From Eledone cirrhosa (lineage: Eukaryota), in contig OZ024742.1 of assembly GCA_964016885.1 (NCBI GenBank), positions 129,208,001-129,272,000 on the forward strand: DNA of 64,000 nucleotides, read 5' to 3'. The position numbers were made by a program, and so were the translations under genes. The notes under the pieces are model-generated. The model ran no database searches. It saw only the letters and a program-made list of their open reading frames with translations, and was not told the DNA's origin. Shown here piece by piece: positions 27,222 to 38,245 of the stretch; the first letter of the stretch is position 1; each line of letters opens with the position of its first letter.

Positions 27222-27281
27222 CCAAGCCTATCCGCTACGTTCCAAGTTAGAGAGGGACCAACCTCGTATATGGTGTTGAAA
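27222..27281 (-). CDS. Candidate 60-nt internal coding exon of an unidentified host gene (phase 2-2; peptide FNTIYEVGPSLTWNVADRLG)
   Basis: Minus strand: branch-like TTTAAC, acceptor CCTGTTATTTTTCTTTCAG, donor TGG|GTAAGT. Length is a multiple of 3, only one of three frames is open, GC and CpG content are higher than the flanks, and no match to window repeats was noticed. Confidence 0.5.
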
Positions 27282-28069
27282 CTGAAAGAAAAATAACAGG
27301 AATTCACAGTTAAATCAAATGTAAAGAGGAACGGTGAAAGTCAAGCATTACAAATTGATACTTAAATTGATACTTTTGAAATGTAACAAAGAGTATTTTG
27401 GCCAGGTACAAAGCTATATTTCAAAAGCGGGAGGAGAGGGGGTGAAGTCAAAAGAACTATCAGCAGATAGTTTCAGCAATGGAAAGACCAAAGGAAACAG
27501 TTTCCTTGGTCCCATCTAACAATCGTTCCTGTCCCTTTTTTTCTCTTTTCTTATCAAGGCCAGTATTATCCCATGTTGAGTCAAAGAATGGGCCTTTCAA
27601 TTTACTTGCACTAAATTCCTGTCAAATATCTAGCCATTCGTTTAATAACCACAACTTTTCTCTGTCAAAAATGTTAGCATTTTTTACTGCTACTATAATG
27701 GTCTTTGCTTCTTGATGCTTGCTTACCTCATGCCACATCATCTCAAGCACTCATCTCTTCTTGCATCACCCATAATGTGTCCAGCTCTCTTCCTCAGTTA
27801 GGCCCCACACCAGTCATTCCTACACAGTATGTCAGTCTACTAGAACTTACTTCCTGTTTTTGTTTTCCTATACAATTCAACTTGCAATGATTTAAGTGGA
27901 ACATCAATGACATTTCTTGTTCTGGTTTTGGAATGCCTGTAAAGGCCAGACACTACCACATCCTTTACACTGACCAAATAAAAAATAAACATTCTAGAAA
28001 TAGTTTGATATATTTGAATTTCTTGCTCATTAGATGAATCTTATTTATCTGAGTTAGCCCCCCCTTGGT

Positions 28070-28531
28070 TTAACCCTTTTGATACCAATTCACCCGAAAG
28101 CACCTCTGGTTCTATGAAATGAAACCACCAATTTTAAAGAGTTCCTGTTTAAATAAAAATCTTTCAAGAGAATTTGATATGTGATATTAAAAATATCTTA
28201 ATGACAAATTTTTAGTAAATTCTTCTAAATGTTTCATTAATTAATTGAAATATATTCATGAAAAGGCTAAGGGGAATAAACTTTTGCTACCATATTTTTG
28301 ATGTCAGATACTGCCAATATATTTTATGTAATTTTTAAAATAATCAAGAATTTGGTGAAATTTAGTAATATAACTAATTTTCTCATTATTAAACTGGTTC
28401 TTAGAAATGTTCTTGCATAAACTTATTATGGGAGAATTTTTTAGATGAATATAAACACTTTCAAACAAACATTTTTTTTTGGGGGGGGGGGGGGGGGAAG
28501 TTTCACTGTAGTTTTATATCAAAAGGGTTAA
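28070..28531. mobile_element. Two adjacent, oppositely oriented MITE family A copies
   Basis: 28070-28270 starts TTAACCCTTTTGATACC; 28277-28531 ends ATATCAAAAGGGTTAA; internal sequences are reverse-complement homologues. Confidence 0.7.
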
Positions 28532-29052
28532 GGCCTTTTGTTTTGATTACCACTCAGCTGGGAAACTGATTTCAACTACATATTATTTTTTCCCAATATG
28601 ACTTCTCTTACAATTTTTATCTTCTTTCCACAACAATGGCATGCAATACATATAAGGTTTGTAATATTTACATAACAGTTCTTTCTAATTTTGGTATGTA
28701 TAACTTATCAGCACCACCCTGCATGTTGAATCTAAAAATCTATATATCAGAAATTTATTTTCTTCATTCACTGCAACTTTCATTTTCTTCTTCATTCACT
28801 GTAACTTTCTTTATACATGACACTATATACCATTCCTGTGCTTTTTATGGAATACTAACAAGCACTGTATTTCTATGAATATATTTTCATTGTTTTTATG
28901 TCCATTGTCCTATGCTGACAGATTTTTTTCTATAACCACACTCTCTTCTTGATATGAACCCATACCTTATTTCAAATATAATATCTGTCACCATCATTTG
29001 TTGAACCGTTATGATGTATAACATATTGTTTATTTGGAACATAACTGTCACT

Positions 29053-29340
29053 GAAGATGCATGGCTTAGTGGTTAGAGTGTTGAATTCACAATTGTGAGA
29101 TTGTGAGTTTGATTCCTGGACCAGGTAATGCATTGTGTTCTTGAGCAAGACACTTTATTTCATGTTGCAACATCATTGGTGCCAAGTTGTATTGGCCTTT
29201 GCTTTTCCCTTGGACATTGGTTGTGTGGAGAGGGGAGACTGGTATATATGGCTGACTGCTGGTCTTCCTAAAAAAACCACCTTGCCCAGACTTGTGCTTT
29301 GGAAAAGAAACTTTCAAAAGGCAAATACCATGGCCATACA
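29053..29340 (+). mobile_element. CORE-type tRNA SINE, tail type c
   Basis: TGGCTTAGTGG A box, TGTGTTCTTGAGCAAGACACTTTA core, tail TGGTGCCAAG...GCCTTTGCTTTTCCCTTGGAC. Homologues at 12660-12885(-) and 47728-47910(+). Confidence 0.8.
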
Positions 29341-31002
29341 TGACAATGGGGGGGGGGGTCTTTACCCTTACTCTGTCACAACAAATTTTAGAAACAGTGT
29401 CAATATAACATTCACAAAGACAAGTACACACCCAATACATACACACACACATATACAATTGGCTTTCTTACAGTTTCCATACAAATTCACTCACATTGGT
29501 TGGCCTGGGGATAAGCAAACTCCTTAACTTCACAGTCTATGTCTTCGTACATAAGTAAATTTTGATTATGCTATAACATGTTGCTACATTCACACCTCTA
29601 TTAAGTAGTTACCCAATTTCATTACCATATTTCTAATGAAAACCACTGCCTATGATTTTGGAGAGATTTAATAATGTAACTAACTTTCTCATTAAGCTGA
29701 TGTTTGGAATATAACCTAATGGTTCTTACATAAAATTATGAAGGAAAGGTTTTAGATAAATATAATCACCTTAAAACAAATGTTTGTATTGTAAAATCAG
29801 GGGTCGTTTCTGATGGGTTGGTATCAAAAGGGTTAGAGACTCTATCCACCCCAAATCCCATCCATATCTTCAAAAGTGAGTGTTTTACTATTTTTGGCAA
29901 TATTAGGACATGACCCTCCCCAAATGTAACAATTTTCTTTTTCTTTTCTTTTGCTACTGGAATATTAAAACATTTAAGTGAGAGGTCTCAATCATTAAAA
30001 AAAAACTGATAATAACTTTTTGTGATTATATTTCTGTTTCAATTAATTTTGAAAATTTACTAAAACTCTTGATACCAAACAGCTCCAGATTCTATCGAAC
30101 AAAACTCTGTTTTAAAGTGTTTATGTTAAGTGTTTGTAAAAAACCATCATACTTCTATGTAAGAACTTTTGTTAAGCTATGCTCCAAACACCAATTAGTT
30201 ATATTATAAAATCTCAAAAATCTTGATTATTTCCAAGATTATTTGAAAATCATAGGTAAATCAGACATTAAATGATGATGCTATTGATGATGATGATAAT
30301 AGGCAGTGTTTTTCATTAGAAACATCGTAATGAAAGAGTTAAGTTAATGTTTGGAACATAACTTTCCAAAAGGTCCTTATATAAAATTATGATGGCCAGT
30401 TGATTTAAATATGCATGCATGGATCCCTAAGTCCTGATGTGTCTTAGTGGTGCCATCAAGGCATTTAAACCTGGAAGAGTCCATCCTTCTCTGGGTCTGA
30501 ACACAGCTGATTTTCCGAAGAGAGATTGAACCTTAGTATTGAACTGGAATTTTATATATCAACCTCAAAAGGATGAAAAGCAAAGTTGACTTCAGCAAGA
30601 TTCAAATGCAGAGTGCAGAGAGCTGAAATGAACATTGCAAATCATTCTATCAATTGGCCTAACAGAACTGTCAATTTGCCACATTCAATTTAAATGTATA
30701 CACTTTAATAAGAACAGTTTTATATTTATAAATAAGTAGTAGTAGCAGACATATTGGTATGAAATGAATTAAAGTATTTATTTTAATGGCAAGGTTAACT
30801 TATGAAATTAATGTGTAAGTGGCTGGGCTTTCCACAGACACGTGTACCATGAACATAATTCTCAGGGAGATTCAGTGTGACACTGTGTGACAAGACTGGC
30901 CTTTTGAATTATAGGGACAGTCCATCCAACAGACTTCCAAACAATTTGTCAGCCCAATTTCACTCAAAAGGCATGAATTGACCTGAGGTTATGGTAAATG
31001 AA

Positions 31003-31552
31003 ATTGATGGTAGTTACAGAGTAGGTAGACCCAGAAAAACCTGGGACGATCTGATAAGTTCCGACCTTACACACTTGCACCTCTCTAAGACAATGTCACT
31101 GGACCGATATCTTTGGCGCTACGCAGTAATACAGAAGACCCGCCTTGCCTATGTACAAAGCGAAACCTACAGTTAGTAGGCACCTCTTAACCAAATATAC
31201 ACCCCAATCCACTACGCCTACCCTATCCTCCCACTCCCACCCTCTCTATAAAGTTGGTACCACAACATCCAGTCCAAATAAATGAGATAATGAGATCGAG
31301 ATCATGTAGGTGTCATGACAAAAAAAAACACAGTCCACACTGTAATGTGGCCGTGTAAGTAACACGGTAAAAAGTTCCCAGTTCCACACTGTAAATGTGG
31401 TTGGTGTTAGGAAGGGCATCCAGCCATAGAAAACCTGCCACAGTCCTATATGAGCGAGACATGGTCACTCGACCAACCTTGCCTCAAGTGGGACAACTCT
31501 TGTCTAACCCATGCTAGCATGGAAGATGGACGTTAAACGATGATGATGATGA
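31003..31552 (+). mobile_element. 5'-truncated RTE-A copy inserted into an S4 SINE
   Basis: ORF 30991..31176 (GRPRKTWDDLISSDL) plus 3' UTR and (GAT)n; host SINE sequence stops at GAGGTTATGGTAAATGA and resumes at GACACTTATCCAAG. Confidence 0.85.
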
Positions 31553-32863
31553 CACTTATCCAAGATTCCATGCAGCGGGATTGAACCCAGGACCTAATGG
31601 TTGTACAGCGAATTCCTTAACCACATACGTAGATCATACAATTAGGAACGCCATTCACCTCACAGCAATTATTTTCATCATCATCATTTTTACGTTCGCT
31701 TTCCCATGCTCACATGGGTTGGACAGATTTTATTGATTACATTAAATAAAACAGTAAATTTTGTCAAGATATAAATTCTGAACAGCAAGCTGCTTTAAGC
31801 AAGACATAAATTATACAGTGTAGAAAATTGTTAAATGAAAGTTTATTATTCAGTTAGCTTTCTAAGTTCTGACCTTCTCATCAGAGGCTCTAAAAATGGT
31901 TGAGTTGATCCTATATATTTAAAAAGAAAATTAGAATGCAGTATAAGCAAGTCTATAAGGTGGCAAGTTAGCAGTGTCGTTAGAACATAGGATAGAGTGC
32001 TTTGCAGTATTCACTCCGATGCTCTGCTCTCTCAGTTCAAATCCCGCTGAGGTCAACTTCACTTTTCATCCATTCGAGGTCAATAAAAAAAGTATCAGTC
32101 TAGTACTGGGGTCAATTCTTCCTTTATTTCACTCTTTATGATTCTCTGGAGGGAATCTGTTATACTCAAGCCCGAGGACAGGATAGACTTTGTCAGGTTT
32201 AAAACATTCCCCAAGAAAGACTGTAATGCCAATATGGCACCACTACAACTCCTTCAGTATGGTCCATACCATACCATACCATACAATAAGCAAGTCTGGA
32301 GATTTTATAAAGAAAACAGTGCTTGCTGCTGTATATAAACCGAAATAAACAGTTATTTTGCATTAATTTGTGTAGGAGGTATTCTATAGCTTGGTTTTCG
32401 TCATAATAATGTGATGCTCATAGAGAATATTCAGCCAGACTGAAGAGCAATACCTTTGCCAAAGTTTGATATATAGAAAAAAAATAATCTTACTGCTATC
32501 ACTACTGTGACTACTGCTACTGCTGTTCATTCTAGAACACTATTCAAGTGTATGACATTATATCTGCTACTTTTTATAAATGTCAGTCTGTGCTGTCTTA
32601 AATGAAAAATTATGTAGCAAACAGTGAGAAAAAAATAATGACAATGCTAACTGTTACTAATTATGAATGTAGCTTTAGTTTAGTATATTTTACTTTTCTC
32701 AATACAACATGGCCAGAAGAAATAGGTATTTGCACTAAATAAGTTACTATTGTTATAGAGAATATTCAAACATAAATGAATGATGTAGACATGAGAGCAT
32801 GAATTACAAGTCATTAATCAACCCACACAACAATCAATGCAAATGGATTAATTGGATTAAAAA

Positions 32864-32899
32864 AAATCATTATATGAGCTAATTGTATCTTTGGTTAAG

Positions 32900-32994
<95 letters not shown>

Positions 32995-33069
32995 GTTAGA
33001 ATTTTTAATTTGTAGAATATATTCCATTCTAAGCTTAACCAAAGATACAATTAGCTCATATAATGATTT
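32864..33069. repeat. Perfect 40-bp inverted repeat enclosing (TA)43
   Basis: AAATCATTATATGAGCTAATTGTATCTTTGGTTAAGCTTA (32864-32903) and its exact reverse complement (33030-33069). Confidence 0.95.
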
Positions 33070-33384
33070 ATGGTTAGAGCATTGGCCTTGCAATCGAAAG
33101 GTTGTGAGTTCAATTCTCAGACCGGGTGATGTGTTGTTTCTTTGAGCAAGACACTTTATTTCACATTGCTCCAGTTTACTCAGCTGTAGAAATGAGATGA
33201 TAGGGACTGGGGTCCAAATCATTCCATTGCAAAGTGGTCGTGGAGGTGCCACGGCAAAAAAGCACCCAGCACTCACTGTAAATAAGGTTGGTGTTAGGAA
33301 GGGCATCCAGCTGTAGAAATTAAGCCAGCATCAGTTCCCGTCCCACCCTTGCAAGCAGGGAAAAGTGGACGTAAAATGAAATGA

Positions 33385-33388
<4 letters not shown>
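33070..33388 (+). mobile_element. Composite CORE-head/RTE-tail SINE, slightly 5'-truncated
   Basis: Near-identical to 22241-22581(-) but lacking roughly the first 15-20 nt of the head. Confidence 0.88.
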
Positions 33389-33434
<46 letters not shown>

Positions 33435-33771
33435 TCTCATCATCATCATCGTTTAATGTCCATATTCCACGCTTGCATGGGTTTGGACGGGAGTTTTCCC
33501 ACTTGAGGCAAGAGTGGTTGTCTTGCTTGCATAGGACTGTCTGGCAGGTTTTCTACGGCTGGATGCCCTTCCTAACACCAACCACATTTACAGTGTGGAA
33601 CTGGGATGTTTTTACCGTGACACCTACACGACCTCATTTGTTTCGGGCTGGATGTTGTGGCACCAACATAACTTTACATTGAAAGGAGTGGTGTGGATGG
33701 GGTGGGGGTAGTGGGACGTGGGTGTATTTTGTTAGAGGTGCCTACTGCCTGTAGTAGGTTTCACTTTGTAC

Positions 33772-34999
33772 TTAGGTAAGGCGGGTCTTCTCTATTACTG
33801 TGTAGCGCCAAACCTCTCGGTCCAGTGACATTGTCTTGGAGAGGTGTAAGTATGTGAGGTCGGAATTTATCAGCTCGTCCCAGGTTTTTCTGGGTCTGCC
33901 TACTCCGTGGCTACCATCTATTTTTATTGCCCTGCACTTTTTTATACAGCTGTCGTCTTTCATGCGCATCACGTGACCATACCAACGTAGCCTTCTCTCG
34001 AGTAAACAACATCTGATCCCTCTTATTTCTAATTTTTTCCTTAGTTCGTTTATGCTTTGCCGTTCGCGTATATTACTATTACACATCCAGCGGAGCATGC
34101 AAGCTTCGTTCCTCTCTAGTCTGCGTATATCCTCTGCACACAATGCCCAGGTCTCACTGCCATGCAACATTGTTGTTTGTATGCAGGCATCATACAGCCT
34201 GCCTTTCATTTTTAGGGAGAACCCTTTAGCGGCTAATAGTGGTATAAGCTCTCTGAACTTTTTCCATCCAGTTCTGACTCTAGCTACTGTACTTTCAGAG
34301 CACCCTCCCCCACTGCTGATTTTGTCACCCAGGTAATGGAAGCTGTTCACTATGTCTATAGAACCCTCTGTGCAATGGAATGAGCTAGTATTCTGTGGGC
34401 ACTTGCTGCTACTTATTGCACCAGAGCACCGGCCACATATAAAATCTATGTTCTTAGTTAGCTTACCTGTGATCCCACTACATCTTTTATGCACCCATAC
34501 TTTGCATTTGGGACATAAAATGGAGTTTCTACCTACTCCTTTCCTACACACTGAGCATGGCCATTTCCCGGATGGGACCGGCGCCCTATTTTCCTTCCTT
34601 CAAACTAGAACTTTAGTCTTAGACAGGTTAATTTTAAGGCCTTTTGATTCTAGGCCATGCTTCCATGTTTGGAATTTCTTCTCTAGTTCGGCCATTGATT
34701 CAGCTATGAGCGTTAGATCATCTGCGTATAGGAGTTCCCACGGGCAGCCGGTCTTGAACACCACTGTTATAGCCTGAAGGGCAATAATAAATAGTAGGGG
34801 GCTAAGAACGGAGCCCTGATGAACACCAACTTTTATGCTAAATTCTTCACTATATTCGTTGTTAATTCTAACCTTGCTGACTGTTTCTTTATACATGGCT
34901 TGTATAGCTCTCACAAGCCATTCATCAACACCTAGTTTTCTAAGAGCCCACTAGGTAATGGAACGGGGGACTCTGTCGAAGGCTTTCTCCAAGTCGACA
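33772..34999 (-). pseudogene. RTE ORF fragment: RT core, Cys/His-rich insert and C-terminus
   Basis: One frame with two premature stops (TAG 34951-34953, TGA 34600-34602): VDLEKAFDRVP, GVHQGSVLSPLLF, LLYADDL, WPCSVCRKGVGRNSILCPKCKVWVHKRC...FICGRC, FHYLG, HGSETW. Confidence 0.93.
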
Positions 35000-35003
35000 A
35001 AAG

Positions 35004-35888
35004 CTAAGTATAGGGGTTTCTTTTAGCTAGGTACTTCTCCTGTAGTTGTCGTACAATGAAAAGAGCGTCTGTGGTACTTTTGCCCGACACAAACCCAAAC
35101 TGCATTTCATCTAGATCAATTCTCTCTCTGATTAGTTGCGCTATTACTTTTTCTGTGACCTTCATGACCTGGTCGATTAATTTAATGCCTCTATAGTTAC
35201 TCCTATCTAGGGCATCTCCTTTACCCTTGTAGCAGTTAATGATGATGCTGCTACGCCAGTCCTTCGGAACAACCCCATTCTGTATGACTTGGTTTACTAT
35301 CCGGGTGACCATGGTGTGTCCCACCGTTCCAGAAGCTTTCAGCATTTCAGCAACTATTTCCAAAGGCCCAGCCGCCTTACCCGTCTTCATATCTTTGATT
35401 GCCTTATTTATTATACTACCTTCGACTAACACTGCTGGTCCCTCTATTGAGTCGATGTGGGGGAGACTGTCTTTCTCCCATTTATTCTCCTCATTTAGTA
35501 GCCTTTCGTAGTGACACTTCCAAGCTACCTTCTTATCAGCATCAGTGATGGCAAGTACACCATCATCATTAAGTACACACTTCTCCCTGACAATATCACG
35601 GTTTTCCTTGACACATTGCCTAGCAATCCTGAACACCTCACGTTTTTGGTCCTCGCGTTGTAGAACATGCTTGAACTTTCTTTCCTCTGCTTCCCTTCTT
35701 GCGAAGTACACTTGTCTCCTAGCTTCCCTCCTGGCCACTTGACAGTCTTCTCTACTTCCCCCATCCCGCCATACTTTCCAAGCCTGCTTTTTGGCCTTAA
35801 TTGACTCCTCCGCCTTACTGTTCCACCACCATGTTACTCTCCTCCTGCCTATAGGCCTGCTCCAGCCACAGACTTTGTCTGCCGCCAT
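35004..35888 (-). pseudogene. RTE ORF fragment: linker and N-terminal RT
   Basis: KAAGP, VPKDWR, YKGKGD, NYRGIKL, QFGFVSGKSTTDA; frameshift near 35020 before AFVDLEKAFDRVP. Confidence 0.93.
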
Positions 35889-36116
35889 CAGCGGGTTTGC
35901 TTTCAGGAATTCCCACTGTTCCTCTATATTATACGACTAATTGCTCTTCCTTACTGTCGAAAGCATCAAGTAATATGCTTTGAAATTTATTTCTGGGGTC
36001 CTTTAGCTTCCAGATTTTTCTCCTGAGGATAGTCCTCTTCTGCTGTCGAGTACGTCTCGTCCTGACTATGAGTCGCTAATTATCAGTCTATGTTGGGAGG
36101 TGCATGGGAGAGGGAT

Positions 36117-36869
36117 TTAGTGTTTACAACAGACACTGTCACGTCTTCTGGTAAGGATATAATCTACCTGGCTGGTGTGTTCCCCTGATCTATAGGTGAT
36201 CAAGTGATTGTCTCGTTTTTTGAAGTTAGTGTTACAGATAGTTAGGTTATTTGCGTCACAGAATTCCAGCATTTTGGAGCCTTCCTCATTTCTAGTACCA
36301 AACCCATAGCCTCCGTGGATTCCATCATAGCCGTCACAATGATGTCCAACGTGACCATTTAGGTCGCCAGCAATAATTATATAGTCACTGTCGGTTATTT
36401 GGGAGGTAGTGAGCATTAGTGTCTCATAGAATCTGTCTTTTATAGCGCCAGGCAGTCCGGATTGGGGCGCGTACGCAAATATTACTGTCACAGTAGTTCT
36501 ATTTAGAACAAGTCTTATTTTAATTATTCTGTCATTCACTCTATTTACGTCTATTATCTTATCCACCCATTTTTCTGCTAACATGATTCCTACCCCACCC
36601 AGCCCATTGTCATTTCCCACCCAGAAAAGCTTATAGCATCGTTTTTTACCCACAATGAATCTAGCAGACCCGCCCCTCCACCTGGTCTCTTGGATACAGC
36701 AAACATCAACCTCCTTACGTTCAAGCATTTCTACAACCTCGTTCGAGCGGCCTTTTAAGGTGCCTACATTCATGGTACCAACTCTGAAGTTTTGGATTGC
36801 GTTTGGTGGGTGGGGCACAGGGAGGGTGAGGGGAATGGGGGTTATGTTGGCCATCCGCGGCCGCAACAA
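36117..36869 (-). pseudogene. RTE ORF fragment: apurinic-like endonuclease domain
   Basis: Motifs GTMNVGTL, CIQETRW, GVGIM, AYAPQ, IAGDLNGHVG, NTNFKK, SQVDYIL; broken downstream by frameshifts. Confidence 0.93.
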
Positions 36870-37386
36870 AGAGGAGGGGGGGCCTTGCGCTTTCGTCCGG
36901 CAGCATGAGGTGAATTTGTCGTTATCTTTGGCATTGTCTTCGAGTGTCCAGATTCTTCAGACTCTCCTTAGTCCATCCATATATATATATAGTTTATATA
37001 AACAACATAAGGCAATTATTCCATTTACCAGTGGTTTCTTAAAAGCAAAAAATTTTGCTTTCAACCATCAGAATGAAAAAATCCTGGTCTATTTATTGAT
37101 ATTGGATTCTAAAAACAAAAATGCAATCTATATGAAAGTGAGGCTGGAGAAGAAGGAAAGGAAAAATAAAATAAAAAAATAAAAACACACATGCAAACAC
37201 ACACATATATATATATATATATATACACATACACTCATACATACGCACACACACACATATACACATATATATGTGTGTATATATAAACACCTCATATGTT
37301 GTTTATTACATAACTATTAAGCTGTTACCTACATAGAGCACTCTTTTTTCCTGGACTTTTCCGCCGGAATTACTTCATTTATATTT

Positions 37387-37419
<33 letters not shown>

Positions 37420-37427
37420 GACAATAT

Positions 37428-37663
37428 GCCCCTACACCCTCCCACTGCAAAGTGGTCGTAGAGGTGCCACGGCAAAAAAGCACCCAGCACTCACTGTAAA
37501 TGAGGTTGGTGTTAGGAAGGGCATCCAGCTGTAGAAATCAAGCCAGAATCAGTTCCCGTATGAGCAAGACAAGGTCAGCCAACCGGACACTGCCCACAAC
37601 AGGAATATTCGTCTAACCCATGCTAGCGTGGAAGAACGGACGTAACGGTAATGATGATGATGA
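37428..37663 (+). mobile_element. RTE subfamily B 3'-UTR fragment between (TA)n tracts
   Basis: Reverse complement of about 57817-58080; ends GGACGTAACGGTAATGATGATGATGAT. Confidence 0.85.
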
Positions 37664-37680
37664 TATATATATATATATAT

Positions 37681-38245
37681 GTACGTAAAAGCTAAATTTA
37701 ATGTATAATAAACAATACAATATAATTACCTCATTACCAGAGGTTTCCCGAATAAGACAAATACAAGAAACGTCCTCATTCGTTCGTCAGACAAGGCAAT
37801 TTAAAACAGTGAAATATTTGAAAAATCTCCTCAAGAAAGGCAAAAGTTTAACGGGCAAAAAAAAATATATAAATAAAAGTAACGCAAGAGATATATAAAA
37901 ATAAAATAAGGAAATATAGTTAGGGTATGTGTATAAATGTGTATATTCACTCACAAATGTACATATGTGTGTATGTACAAATGCATCTGTATAGTGAAAA
38001 AATGTGTGCGTAAGTACATATATGAGGGCAAGCATATCAGTGTATGCGTGACCACAAATACGTATATATATGTTGAAGAAGAAATTGCAAGATAATAGAG
38101 TTAACGTACATCCAGACTCAGGTACTAAGGATTGAAATATATACACATACAAGTAGGAAGGCACGCGCAACCACATACATGCGAATGATATATACAGGGA
38201 AGGGAGTGTATCAGTCAAAGCAGTGTCAGTCTGAAGGTCGATACA
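37681..38245 (-). mobile_element. (TA)n-flanked non-coding element carrying a hammerhead motif (Penelope-like or retrozyme-like)
   Basis: About 560-bp block with retained CpGs between TA-rich flanks; hammerhead near one end; no GIY-YIG or RT similarity in its ORFs. Confidence 0.55.
37724..37801 (-). ncRNA. Type I hammerhead ribozyme motif
   Basis: Minus strand AATTGCCTTGT-CTGACGA-ACGAATGAGGAC...GTCTTATTCGG-GAAA-CC-TCT-GG-TA-ATGAGGTAATT: 11-bp stem I (3 G-U), intact CUGANGA and GAAA core, about 10-bp stem II, short stem III, GUA cleavage triplet. The 10.1-11.1 pair is an A/G mismatch. Confidence 0.8.

Larger units (their letters stand above)
33432..36978 (-). mobile_element. Near-full-length RTE-clade LINE (subfamily A), disabled
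   Basis: Single-ORF organisation: APE endonuclease, RT, C-terminal RRLRWYGHV...GRPRKTW; 3' UTR ends in (GAT)n; (TA)n at both ends. Confidence 0.95.

Noticed and set aside
31845-31890. Minus-strand CTGATGA...GAAA hammerhead-like spacing
   Set aside because: Only a 3-bp stem II, no NUH triplet and no stem I complementarity.
34052-37182. Plus-strand ORFs over the LINE, and similar antisense ORFs at 20231..20626 and 58257..58703
   Set aside because: Antisense shadows of TE coding sequence.
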